Source: an uncultured delta proteobacterium (lineage in GTDB: Bacteria > Desulfobacterota > Desulfobacteria > Desulfobacterales > Desulfosalsimonadaceae). From it: 64,000 nt of DNA. The notes beneath the pieces were generated by a model. That model worked only from the letters and a program-made list of their open reading frames with translations. It ran no database searches and was not told where the DNA came from. Position 1 is the first letter of the stretch. Each line of letters opens with the position of its first letter. The stretch is from positions 64,001-128,000 of the forward strand of contig CAWGYD010000008.1 of NCBI GenBank assembly GCA_963826785.1. Reading direction: 5' to 3'. Of this stretch, positions 1 to 9,718 are shown piece after piece. Both the position numbers and the translations under genes were made by a program.

Positions 1-1179
1 GCCGTTCTCAAACTTTACCAGACTGCGGGGGGTGGTGACGCCGCCTATGATGTCTCTGTCCACAAGATCATCACGGTTAATCCCGAATTGAGTCGCGCGA
101 ACGGATATACCTTTGATGGCGCCAATGACTGGACCGCTAATAACAGCTGTTATAACGGCGTCCCCATGGCTCAGGCCGATATCGCCCAGGCTGAAGATGT
201 AAACAGTCTGAATCTGAGCCCAGGAGTCAAGGAATGGGATGTAAAGGGCATGGTTCAGGAATGGGTCAGCAATCCCTCCTCGAATTACGGACTCATGTTG
301 AATTCGGATGCAGTGGCCGGCTCAAACAGCTACCGGTATTTCGCCTCCAGCAAAGCAAGCGAGCCTGCCTACCGACCCCATTTTGAAATCGTCTACACCG
401 TTAATTCTCCGGATGACATGGATGGCGATAATGACGGGTATACCGTAAATGAAGGCGACTGCAACGACAATGATCCGTCTATCCACCCCGGCGCCGTTGA
501 AATCTGCGGTGACGGCATCGATCAGGATTGCAGCGGCAGCGATTTGGACTGCAGTGCAAACAGCGAAAACACGGTGGTGTTCGGCGATACAGCAGGTGCG
601 GATTACCCCGGCACCCTTCAGGACACCTTCATCGACCTCAGTTCAGCTGTAAATGTCTCGTCAGCCCAACTGTGCACCTACACATGGCCGAAAAACCAGC
701 CGGCCAATGCCATGCTGATCAAATTAAGCCTGCCGAATGCCATACCGGCCGGCGTGCAAATTAAGCGCGCCACTCTCAAACTTTATCAGACTAAAGCAGG
801 AGGCGACGCATCCTACGATGTATCCGTGCATAAAATCATCAAATATAATCCTGACTTGAATGCCGTAAACGGTTACACCTATGATGGCGTTCATGGCTGG
901 ACCGCCAACGCGATCTGTCACAAAAATGTTCCCCTGGCCCAGGCCGATATCGCCCAGGCCGAAGATATGAACAGCCTTGGCCAAACCAATGGCTACAAGG
1001 CATGGAATGTGACGGGCATGGTTCAGGACTGGGTCCGTAATCCGGCTTCGAACTATGGTCTCATGTTGAATTCGGATTTGGTGGCCGGCAACAACAGCTA
1101 TCGCTATTTTGCATCCAGCGAAGCAAGCAACGCAGCGTTGAGGCCGTACATCGAAATCGTATACACGATTAATCCATAG
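1..1179 (+). CDS. 5'-truncated extracellular protein with tandem DNRLRE-like domains and an Asp/Cys putative metal-binding repeat
   Basis: Frame open from base 1 (AVLKLYQTAGGG...). Two similar domains (LKLYQ...WxVxxMVQxWVxNPxSNYGLML...FASSxA...RP) flank DMDGDNDGY..GDCNDNDPSIHPGAVEICGDGIDQDC. Confidence 0.75.
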   Translation, partial: AVLKLYQTAGGGDAAYDVSVHKIITVNPELSRANGYTFDGANDWTANNSCYNGVPMAQADIAQAEDVNSLNLSPGVKEWDVKGMVQEWVSNPSSNYGLMLNSDAVAGSNSYRYFASSKASEPAYRPHFEIVYTVNSPDDMDGDNDGYTVNEGDCNDNDPSIHPGAVEICGDGIDQDCSGSDLDCSANSENTVVFGDTAGADYPGTLQDTFIDLSSAVNVSSAQLCTYTWPKNQPANAMLIKLSLPNAIPAGVQIKRATLKLYQTKAGGDASYDVSVHKIIKYNPDLNAVNGYTYDGVHGWTANAICHKNVPLAQADIAQAEDMNSLGQTNGYKAWNVTGMVQDWVRNPASNYGLMLNSDLVAGNNSYRYFASSEASNAALRPYIEIVYTINP

Positions 1180-1327
1180 ATCTCCATGGACTCGATAACC
1201 GTGAAGGATTATGTATATATCAACTCACAATCATCGTAAATTCGCATCGCCATGTGAAAATCAGATCAAAATGGTGTCTAAACCATAAATGAACCAGTGA
1301 AATTAAATAAAGAATATGAGGTCTATA

Positions 1328-2161
1328 ATGAAAAAAATCGTTTTTATCGCTTCAATCCTTATAATAGCCGTATCGGCCAGCGCCCAGGCCGGTATCATAT
1401 GGCAGGAAAACTTCAATGGGTACAGTTCGAACTGGTCGTGCACGGATGGGGATTGTGAGGCAGGATGCCCTTCCGGATATGTCGGTTGCCGTGGAGATCA
1501 GTCTGTTGCCGGCGGGCCGGATATTGAGATAAGTACTGCATATGAAAGATCAAACCCGGGCCCCAGCAACAGGGGGTATCGTGTTTGGGTCTATGACGGA
1601 ACAAGCGGAACCTGCTGCGAGAACGTCCTGCGAAAATCGGTTCCGGCAGGAACTAATTTTTATCTCCGCTGGTACATGCGTCTTTCGACCAATAAGCTGG
1701 AAAATTACTGGAAAATGTTCCGAATGTTTTCCAACGGAACTCAAATATTCATTTTGGAACCGAAATATCGCTATTCGTGGGGCGAGACAAGATTCAACCT
1801 ATCAAATGGAACGGGATCGGCTGAGGCAAATTGGACTCAATGGGTTATCAGCAAAGATTACACCCCCGACACATGGGTTTGCATGGAAGTTTTTATCAAC
1901 CAGACAAATGGCCAAGCCACCTTGTGGGTTGATGGCGCAAGTAAAGGAACAATAAGCATATCCCAACTCCAATCATCTAATTACAGCATTGATCGAATCG
2001 AAATTGGCGGCAACCAGTCGGATATCGCCGGCGGCAACGATAATTATATGGATTATGATGACGTCGTCGTCAGCACGACATATATCGGGCCCGCTAACGA
2101 TAATGGCGGCACGGTAGATCCATTGACGCCCCCGAGCGCTTTGAAAGTCACCGAACAATAA
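1328..2161 (+). CDS. Secreted beta-jelly-roll (LamG/polysaccharide-lyase-like) protein
   Basis: Signal peptide MKKIVF...SAQA; FYLRWYMR, WVCMEV, LWVDG, YDDVVVSTTYIGP pattern. Alternative ATG at 1316. Confidence 0.55.
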   Translation: MKKIVFIASILIIAVSASAQAGIIWQENFNGYSSNWSCTDGDCEAGCPSGYVGCRGDQSVAGGPDIEISTAYERSNPGPSNRGYRVWVYDGTSGTCCENVLRKSVPAGTNFYLRWYMRLSTNKLENYWKMFRMFSNGTQIFILEPKYRYSWGETRFNLSNGTGSAEANWTQWVISKDYTPDTWVCMEVFINQTNGQATLWVDGASKGTISISQLQSSNYSIDRIEIGGNQSDIAGGNDNYMDYDDVVVSTTYIGPANDNGGTVDPLTPPSALKVTEQ

Positions 2162-2253
2162 AAATCCTGCTTTTCAGTCCTCTAAGTTCACCAATCGTTG
2201 TAAAATGAAACTGATATGGCGTCATCTTATTTGGAGTCATTTTTAAGCAACCC

Positions 2254-2895
2254 CTAAAAAATGCGATGGCCATCATAAAGATCAATATGTTGTGCATGTA
2301 AAACCGGCAGAACTTTTTCCAAAATCGTTATAACATTATCGTTATCATCATGGAGCAGTAGAATGTCTCTTGGTGAAACTTCTTGCGCGATTTTTTCCAC
2401 AATGCTTTCGCAGTCGCTTGGGATCAAGTATCTGCCAGTCATTCGCATGTCGGGACCAAAGCAGAAACTTCATTCCAAAAATTTTAGACGCAATTAAGCT
2501 TGTTGGTGAAATTTGTCCACCTGGTGGCCTGAATATTTTAGGCTTTTCCCCGATACAAGATTCTATTGCCATTTGACATCTCGAAACATCATGCAGGTAA
2601 TGTAAAAAGGAGAGGCTGGTTTTTGTTACAGTGCACGAAAGTATGATTTCCAATTAAGTGACCTTGGTCGTGTATCATTTTAATGACTTGTGGGGCTTTG
2701 CGCATGCGCCGACCAACAATAAAAAATATTGCACGAGCATTGTATGCTCTTAATAATTCTAATACTTTCGGGGTAATTTCTGGGTGTGGTCCTCCTCGAT
2801 GGCCAACAAATCGCTATATCATAGACATCGCTTCTTATACCTGGCATTCGAAACGGGAAATAATTTTTCCCATTCAGGCATATTAAACTATTCAT
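2254..2895 (-). pseudogene. Frameshifted NodB/CE4 polysaccharide deacetylase
   Basis: Motifs in different frames: GPHPEITPKVLELL..AIFFIVG..GHLIGNHTFVH / FRPPGG..LWS..NDW / DILLLHD. The TFDDGP motif is degenerate. Confidence 0.75.
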
Positions 2896-3701
2896 TTTCT
2901 CATCTTTATCAGCAGGCCGAAAGCAAAATATCTCATCAATTTTTTGTGGCGATTCTTGAACATGAATTTCCCGACGGCAACAGAAAATTTCGGCAGGAGG
3001 ACATCAATGAATGGGATTCTGAAATCAAAATACTGAAATTCATCCACCTGAAATCCCATCAACTCAGCATCCCTGACAAATTCACGGTAATCGAAATAAT
3101 TAAAATCAAAATTGATCTGATCGTACTTTTTGCCCGTAAGTTTCGACTTCATCAAGTGATAAAAAGGCACCAGTTTTTCATACAGGCCGGGAAACCGTAT
3201 CTTGTTGACTTGAACAATCGCTTCTCCGCCGGGTTTCAGCACGCGGTGAATTTCGGATAAAACAGGAAGATAATCTTTTACATAACACATGACGCCGATA
3301 CACAAAACAATGTCTAGTTCCTTGTTCGAAAACGGCAGATTCGATGCGTCATTTACAGCAAAATATGCTTTTTCCGCTGACGGATTCTGCAAAGCCTTGT
3401 TTTTGGCCTGCTTGATCATTTCGATCGAAAGGTCCGTGCTGTATACCTTCAAGCCTTTTTCGAGCAGATTTTCTGTTAATATGCCCGGTCCGCATCCAAT
3501 ATCAAGCACTGTAGCCGAGGTCTGGTTTAAAAAATCCAGTACCAGTTTCCGCCGTGTCACATAAGCGATTCCCTCGCAAAGTGAATTTTGATATCTCATC
3601 TTCGTGTATTGCGGGGCATCCAGATCGTGGAAATACTTCACTCTCTCTAAATGCGAATTCAACTCTTCTTTGGCCTGCACGGCGTGCTCACCTCCATTCA
3701 T
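2892..3701 (-). CDS. Class I SAM-dependent methyltransferase
   Basis: VLDIGCGPG, DASNLPF, RVLKPGG. Confidence 0.9.
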   Translation of the reverse strand: MNGGEHAVQAKEELNSHLERVKYFHDLDAPQYTKMRYQNSLCEGIAYVTRRKLVLDFLNQTSATVLDIGCGPGILTENLLEKGLKVYSTDLSIEMIKQAKNKALQNPSAEKAYFAVNDASNLPFSNKELDIVLCIGVMCYVKDYLPVLSEIHRVLKPGGEAIVQVNKIRFPGLYEKLVPFYHLMKSKLTGKKYDQINFDFNYFDYREFVRDAELMGFQVDEFQYFDFRIPFIDVLLPKFSVAVGKFMFKNRHKKLMRYFAFGLLIKMRK

Positions 3702-3707
3702 GTAAAG

Positions 3708-4898
3708 TTAAAGCCTTTCTGCCCTGCCCCACTGATTGATCTTTCTCCCCAATATTCCGATGACATCAATGCCCCCTTTCCAAATCAAAAATACGGGGCA
3801 ATACGCGAGTGCGCCGAGGAATTTCAGTATCGGCATGTTCGTGAGGAAAATTCCACTGAAAAAGTAGGTGAATTCGAGAAACAGCATAAACGAAATCCAG
3901 TAAACCAGGTATGCCGTTTCATATACAAGATTTTGCAAAATGAGTACGAAAAGCAGCGCTATGGTCATGTTTACCATCAATGACAGATTGGGAAGCAAAA
4001 GAGCGAAACTGGCATCTATTATCCTGATGTTTCGTTCTGCCAATCCCTTTTTAAAAAGCCTCACCCCGAAGGTCCTGGCCACCTGAAACCGGCCGGTGGA
4101 CCACCGAATTCTTTGTGCCGTGGCATGACGGATCCCAAGAGATTCCTGATGATATATTTTTGCCTTTGCTGCAAAACCAATCATTTCGTTTTCCATTATC
4201 AGCTTTGCATAATATTCATAATCTTCTGCGATCGTGCTGGCCGACCAGCCATGTTTTTCAAGGATGCGGGTCGTAAAGCACATGCCATTTCCCATAAGAT
4301 ATGAGGACAACCCCAATTTGTATTTTGCGTGATGGTATAAGTTGTTATTTATCGTTCTGGAGACATGGATAATCTTCGTAAAAATGCTGGCTTCAGGATT
4401 GGCAAGGCAATTGTTGCATTGAATGATTTCGCTTCCCCTTCCGATGATCTCGTTTAGACCTTGGAAGAAAAAGGAATCGACGATGTTATCCGCATCCACT
4501 ATTATCACCGCATCAAAACGCTTAAAATCGATATTCTTCAACGCCCACTCGATCGCAAAACCTTTTCCCCTTTCGGCGCTATTTTCCCGTGTCATGACGT
4601 TCACACCAAAACCCGCGGCGATCTGAGCCGTATTATCCTTACAATTATCTGCAATGACGGACACTTCAAAAAGACTCGGATCGTAGTTCACCGTCTTTAA
4701 ACTTTCCAGCATCCTGCCGATGACCGCCTGCTCATTATGAGCGGGAATAAGAAGGATATACCGGTATCGGTCCGCCGACTGGACGGGATGCGTTTCCCTG
4801 ATCAGGAAAAAAGCGACTGCGAGAAAAACATGATATATGGCCGCAAAACTGATGAAAATCAGGATAGGCGACCAGATGAGGGTCAGTATGATGCCCAT
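3708..4898 (-). CDS. Membrane GT2 glycosyltransferase
   Basis: LIPAHNE, DADN, AED, QRIRW motifs; N- and C-terminal TM helices. Confidence 0.92.
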   Translation of the reverse strand: MGIILTLIWSPILIFISFAAIYHVFLAVAFFLIRETHPVQSADRYRYILLIPAHNEQAVIGRMLESLKTVNYDPSLFEVSVIADNCKDNTAQIAAGFGVNVMTRENSAERGKGFAIEWALKNIDFKRFDAVIIVDADNIVDSFFFQGLNEIIGRGSEIIQCNNCLANPEASIFTKIIHVSRTINNNLYHHAKYKLGLSSYLMGNGMCFTTRILEKHGWSASTIAEDYEYYAKLIMENEMIGFAAKAKIYHQESLGIRHATAQRIRWSTGRFQVARTFGVRLFKKGLAERNIRIIDASFALLLPNLSLMVNMTIALLFVLILQNLVYETAYLVYWISFMLFLEFTYFFSGIFLTNMPILKFLGALAYCPVFLIWKGGIDVIGILGRKINQWGRAERL

Positions 4899-4936
4899 GA
4901 TCTTTCTTTTTGCCTCAGGTTTTTTTCAATAAAGGG

Positions 4937-7042
4937 TCACCCGTTGTTTCGATACCAGCCAAAACATTCTCCAAGCCCCTGATCCATGGAGACGTTTGGT
5001 GACCAACCCAATTTTGCCTTGACTTCTGTATTGCTGAAAATGACATCATTGGAGGCTGAACTCAGACGGTATCTTGTCAGGACCGGATTTTTACCCATCA
5101 TTTTAAAAACCATCTCCTGAAAAAAGATCCCTGAATAAACGAACCAGTAAGGAAAGGCCACGGATAGTGATTTTTTGAAAACCGCCTCTTTGACCCTTTT
5201 TACATATTCGCGCTTGGTGATGCAGCCGTCATCCACCACGTTGAACACCTGTCCCGCCGCGTTTTCATTTTCCAGAGACAGTACAATCGCATCCACGAGA
5301 TTATCAATATAGACAAATGGAAGTTTCATGCTGCTCCTGCCGAGGATCGCAAAAATCTTGTCAAAAACAGAAATGCCGATCAGTGGGCTGAAAACCGGAC
5401 CGCCCGGGCCGAAGATAGTTGCCGGCCTCAGAATCACAGTAGGGACGCCATCGCTTTGATTCATGACCTTTTCCGCGACCTTCTCGGCTTTCAGCTTTGA
5501 CCATGTATAAAAACCCCGGGCCTGCGGTTTTCTTTCGAGAGGCGAATCTTCCGTTATGACCGAACCCGGCTTCATGCCGCTGACCTGATAGACACTCATG
5601 GAACTGATGTAGACGACACGGGAAACGCCGAGTTCACGTGAAAAAGCAAAAACGTCTTCCGTTCCCTTGACGGTCGTCTGTTCGAATTCCGCCCAATCGC
5701 CATCCTGTGCAGCTGCCGCATGAACCACATAATCTACTCCGCGTATGGCATTCTCCAGGGTTTCCGGATGACGAATGTCTCCATAATGTATTTCCGCACC
5801 GAGATTTTTTAAATGATCTTCTTTGGACAATTTCCGCAACAACACCCGAACACCGTATCCTTGTTGAATAAGAACCTGGCACAGCCGCCTGCCGAGGAAT
5901 CCCCCCCCACCGGTAACGAGCACCTTCCCCTTGGTGTTTTCGGCCATACCAGCCGGAGCCGGAATATTTTCAAAACCGGGGTGAAGTTTTCCAGCGCTTT
6001 CCCAGATACCGTCGATAACGCCCATGACATTCAGGGCCTTTTCCCTGGTGACCGGGACCTCGCTTTGATTCCGGATCGAGTCATAAAATGAATGGATCAG
6101 GTTTCGCATCCCTGAATATGGCTTCAATTTACCGCGGGCGAAATTCAACACGTTGCCAACGGTTTGCCCGGACAGGCCGGCTGCGCTGCTAAAGTTATCT
6201 ACGATCTTGGCCGCCGCTCCCGGCATTTTCCGCACCGGATTCACGATCGTGGTCATGTTATTGAAATCGACATTGATGATGGCTTTTTTGTGGTAAATCT
6301 TCAAAAAATGCTGGAACGGCTTTGCATTGAAGGAAATCGTTAGTTTTCCCATAGCGTTTTCCCCCGCCGCCATCACGTGGAGTTCATCCGTTAAATCCTG
6401 GAAAAGCGCTCCATTGCAATTGCTAAGCGTTTCAACCTTCACAGGTTTTCCGATATACTCAAGAAGAAGATAAAGCGGATGAGCGATGAAATCGTGAAAG
6501 AGGCCGCCGGGCAGACCGAAAATCCAGGAGATTTCGTTTGGAGACGGGTAATTCATGATCTCGGGTATCTGGACATTGATGCCGTAATAACTCTCTACAT
6601 ATACAATATCCTCGTACCGCAATCCGTTGAGAACCGATTTGGCCTTCAGCATCCATGGGTCGAAAAGATGATTGTGATCAACGCAGAGCTTGACTCCGTT
6701 TTCCTGGGCAAGGTCGTAAAGCCTGCATGCACTCGGGTAATCGATCGTCATCGGTTTTTCGACCAGGACATGATTTTTCAACTTGAGAGCCGTTTCGGCC
6801 AACGCGGCATGTGTCTGAGGTGGAGTCGTGATGTGGATGACATGGGTCCCCTCTTTTTGAATCATTTCTTCCATGTCTGTGTAGCATCGATCTATTCCAT
6901 ACACGCCTTTGACCTTCTCCAGCGCCTTCTCATTCTTGTCCGCCACTGCGCAAAGGCTGGCGCCTTCATAATTTTCGATGAATGCGCGATGATGATGAAA
7001 AATCGTTCCACACCCGACAATGCCGACTCTCAATTTTTCCAT
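4937..7042 (-). CDS. Gfo/Idh/MocA oxidoreductase fused to NAD-dependent epimerase/dehydratase
   Basis: N-half GIVGCG and VLVEKP; C-half VLVTGGGGFLG, YTWSK, LRPATIFGP. Confidence 0.9.
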   Translation of the reverse strand: MEKLRVGIVGCGTIFHHHRAFIENYEGASLCAVADKNEKALEKVKGVYGIDRCYTDMEEMIQKEGTHVIHITTPPQTHAALAETALKLKNHVLVEKPMTIDYPSACRLYDLAQENGVKLCVDHNHLFDPWMLKAKSVLNGLRYEDIVYVESYYGINVQIPEIMNYPSPNEISWIFGLPGGLFHDFIAHPLYLLLEYIGKPVKVETLSNCNGALFQDLTDELHVMAAGENAMGKLTISFNAKPFQHFLKIYHKKAIINVDFNNMTTIVNPVRKMPGAAAKIVDNFSSAAGLSGQTVGNVLNFARGKLKPYSGMRNLIHSFYDSIRNQSEVPVTREKALNVMGVIDGIWESAGKLHPGFENIPAPAGMAENTKGKVLVTGGGGFLGRRLCQVLIQQGYGVRVLLRKLSKEDHLKNLGAEIHYGDIRHPETLENAIRGVDYVVHAAAAQDGDWAEFEQTTVKGTEDVFAFSRELGVSRVVYISSMSVYQVSGMKPGSVITEDSPLERKPQARGFYTWSKLKAEKVAEKVMNQSDGVPTVILRPATIFGPGGPVFSPLIGISVFDKIFAILGRSSMKLPFVYIDNLVDAIVLSLENENAAGQVFNVVDDGCITKREYVKRVKEAVFKKSLSVAFPYWFVYSGIFFQEMVFKMMGKNPVLTRYRLSSASNDVIFSNTEVKAKLGWSPNVSMDQGLGECFGWYRNNG

Positions 7043-7057
7043 TCGGTGCTTACCCCC

Positions 7058-8188
7058 TCATTTCAACAATTCATGATATATATGTTCGATATTTCCGATC
7101 CAATTTGAACGATTGAAGGCGGACGCAATCTTTGCCTGAGCATTTCTCGATATCTCACGATACCTGTCCGTGTCCTTCAGCAAAATTTCAATGGCCGCCG
7201 CAATTGCACGAGGATCGTTCGGTTCTACGATCATGCCGTCAATTCCATCTTCAATGATCTCGGGAATGCCCCCGACCCGGGTGGATACAACCGGAATGGC
7301 ATGTTTCATGGCCTCGAGAACGACCAGGGGAATTCCTTCTGTTTTAGAAGATATTACCAATAAATCCAGGGACTGATAAATGGGTTCCATGTCGTTGACG
7401 AAACCGCAGAATTGGATCCTTCCCGTTAAATTTTGACTCGCCGCTGTTTTTTCAAGGTTTTGTCTCTCCGGTCCGTCCCCCACGATCAAAAACTTTACCT
7501 TCCTGAATTTGGGCAACAGCAACCGGGCCGCTTCCAGGAAACCGGCTACATTTTTTTCCGGACTTAACCTTCCAATAATCCCAATCAAAAAATCATCACT
7601 GCTTTTAAAATGCGTTGCTCCGCCCTTTTTCAATTTATGGTCCAAATGAATGTCTACGGAATTGTGGAGACGCGAAATCTTGTGGGGCTTGAATCTCAAA
7701 GCAGCCAGATCATCCTTGATCTGATCGGATACGGGAAGAATCCGGTCAAAAAAACGGAGGGCGAATCGATCGCAATGACCATAGAATCTAAGCCTCGGGT
7801 CAATATTTACCCATCCGTGCAGGGTCGATACAATTGGAAGCCGGTTCGCCTTGGCGGCAATCAGTCCGATGATATCCGAACGATATCCATGAGTGTGGAT
7901 GATATTGATCTTTTCTCTGCTGATGAATTTTATAAGTTTGAAAATATTTTCAAAATCGATGGTTCTTTTGAGCCAGAAGACCTCGTGAGATATCGCTTTC
8001 TCCTTGAGCCGTTCGATAAACTGATTTTTCCTGAAATGAAAATTCACGAATGCGCCGATCACGACTTTAAACTTTAAATCGTTTATGGCTTCCGCAAGAT
8101 CGAGCACGACACGCTCCGCCCCTCCGAAATGGGTCGGCGCAATAAGCTGAAGCACTGCGATTCTCTTTTCTGATTTTTCGGTGAGCAC
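7058..8188 (-). CDS. GT4 glycosyltransferase
   Basis: GGAERV, GRLSPEK, EGIPLVVLEAM; GTG start. Confidence 0.92.
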   Translation of the reverse strand: MLTEKSEKRIAVLQLIAPTHFGGAERVVLDLAEAINDLKFKVVIGAFVNFHFRKNQFIERLKEKAISHEVFWLKRTIDFENIFKLIKFISREKINIIHTHGYRSDIIGLIAAKANRLPIVSTLHGWVNIDPRLRFYGHCDRFALRFFDRILPVSDQIKDDLAALRFKPHKISRLHNSVDIHLDHKLKKGGATHFKSSDDFLIGIIGRLSPEKNVAGFLEAARLLLPKFRKVKFLIVGDGPERQNLEKTAASQNLTGRIQFCGFVNDMEPIYQSLDLLVISSKTEGIPLVVLEAMKHAIPVVSTRVGGIPEIIEDGIDGMIVEPNDPRAIAAAIEILLKDTDRYREISRNAQAKIASAFNRSNWIGNIEHIYHELLK

Positions 8189-8190
8189 CT

Positions 8191-8811
8191 TTATTTCCGT
8201 GCAGAAAGTATTTCGCTGGAATCGGCGGAGTGCCCCTTCCAGCCGGCAACTTTTCGAATGATTTTAGCGGGATTTCCAGCAACCATATTGAGCGGTTCAA
8301 CGCTTTTCGTCACCACGGATCCTGCCCCCACAACCGCGCCTTCACCGATAGTTACACCTTTAAGAATAATGGCGCGACATCCGATCCATGCGCCGTCCTT
8401 TATTCTTACCGGCACACAAACTTCATTTTTTCCATCGGTTGAATGATAATCCCGATCAAGAATCACGCAATCCCATGCGATGATGACATCATTTCCGATA
8501 TCCACATGATTTCCGGCATGAATTTCGGTACGGTCGCCGATTGAGCAGCGTTTCCCGATGGCAATTTTCGCTTTATGATCCTTGCGTCTTCCAAAGCAAG
8601 AAAGTTTTACACCCGGCCAGAACTCCGTATATTCACCGACTGAAATGGATCCGTTTTTCTTATGTATTTTTATGGGTCCCCGAACAGATATCAGTTCCCG
8701 GTTCTCCAACCGAAAGGAAATGATGATTCCGCGCAAAGATGAAATGCATCCGGCCAAAATCTCGTGCAACGACTTGCCTCTGAGTTTTTGTAAGATCTCA
8801 GCGAATTTCAT
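8191..8811 (-). CDS. Hexapeptide-repeat acyltransferase
   Basis: WIGCRAIILKGVTIGEGAVVGAGSVVTK..VAGNPAK; start uncertain (8811 or 8826). Confidence 0.9.
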   Translation of the reverse strand: MKFAEILQKLRGKSLHEILAGCISSLRGIIISFRLENRELISVRGPIKIHKKNGSISVGEYTEFWPGVKLSCFGRRKDHKAKIAIGKRCSIGDRTEIHAGNHVDIGNDVIIAWDCVILDRDYHSTDGKNEVCVPVRIKDGAWIGCRAIILKGVTIGEGAVVGAGSVVTKSVEPLNMVAGNPAKIIRKVAGWKGHSADSSEILSARK

Positions 8812-8983
8812 CCATATAACCAGCAAAAATTATAAAAAGTTTGTTATTCTATTTCATGAAAGCGACTTTAACCCCCACTCGGGGATCCAGTGGAAAAACA
8901 GGTGGATGTAAGAAGAATGGGTGTATAACCATTTAAGGGGTCATTAACGCAGCCCATTGGCATAGATAGGGTTCCAAATCTTT

Positions 8984-9670
8984 CTAATAGCGCTTAACAT
9001 AATACAACCAATTTGAATCAGGAGCATTTTCTTCCAAACTGGCATCTTGTCTCCATCCCATTTTACTATAAAACCGGGTGGCGCAAATGTTCTCTGAATG
9101 CACTCTTAACCGCCCTTCGGTGATTCCGGATTCTTTTATTGTTTCCTCGAAATGCTCGAAAAGATTTTCGGCAACACCGGTTCCCCTAAAATCATTTATG
9201 ACAGCAGTAAACATGATATAAATTGCATTCGGCCTGATATTTTTTTCAAAGTTTTCCTTTTTGGCTACACGAGAAACATTTTTAAATATCCGGATGAATT
9301 TCTTTCGGGTCTCCTGCTTCATGACGGTCATTCGAATGGATTTTCGGGTTAGAAATTTATAACTGAAAATGGCCGCTATCAAAAAAAAATGGTTGGATAA
9401 AAATTCTTTATTGTGACTGGAGACATTTTTAGACCCGATTATGAATCCGACTACCTGGCTGGTATCAGAATTTTCTTCCACAGCCACTGCCGAAATATCA
9501 TAATCATGATTGCAAAATTCACGAATATATAAGGTCAGCCATTTCTTCCCAAGATCCGAGAGCAAGCCGGTAAATAATGACGCGTATATATTCACGACTT
9601 CAGCAACATGCGTGTGCTGCATTTTCACGATTCTGATTTTTTTCATCTGATCAGATAATTGCACAATCAT
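8984..9670 (-). CDS. GNAT N-acetyltransferase
   Basis: AVINDFRGTGVA and N..A..FY.KMGW. Confidence 0.85.
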   Translation of the reverse strand: MIVQLSDQMKKIRIVKMQHTHVAEVVNIYASLFTGLLSDLGKKWLTLYIREFCNHDYDISAVAVEENSDTSQVVGFIIGSKNVSSHNKEFLSNHFFLIAAIFSYKFLTRKSIRMTVMKQETRKKFIRIFKNVSRVAKKENFEKNIRPNAIYIMFTAVINDFRGTGVAENLFEHFEETIKESGITEGRLRVHSENICATRFYSKMGWRQDASLEENAPDSNWLYYVKRY

Positions 9671-9718
9671 TATTCATGCCTGCTTATTGATCCGATGGAG
9701 GGGCTATCCGGATTTCCG

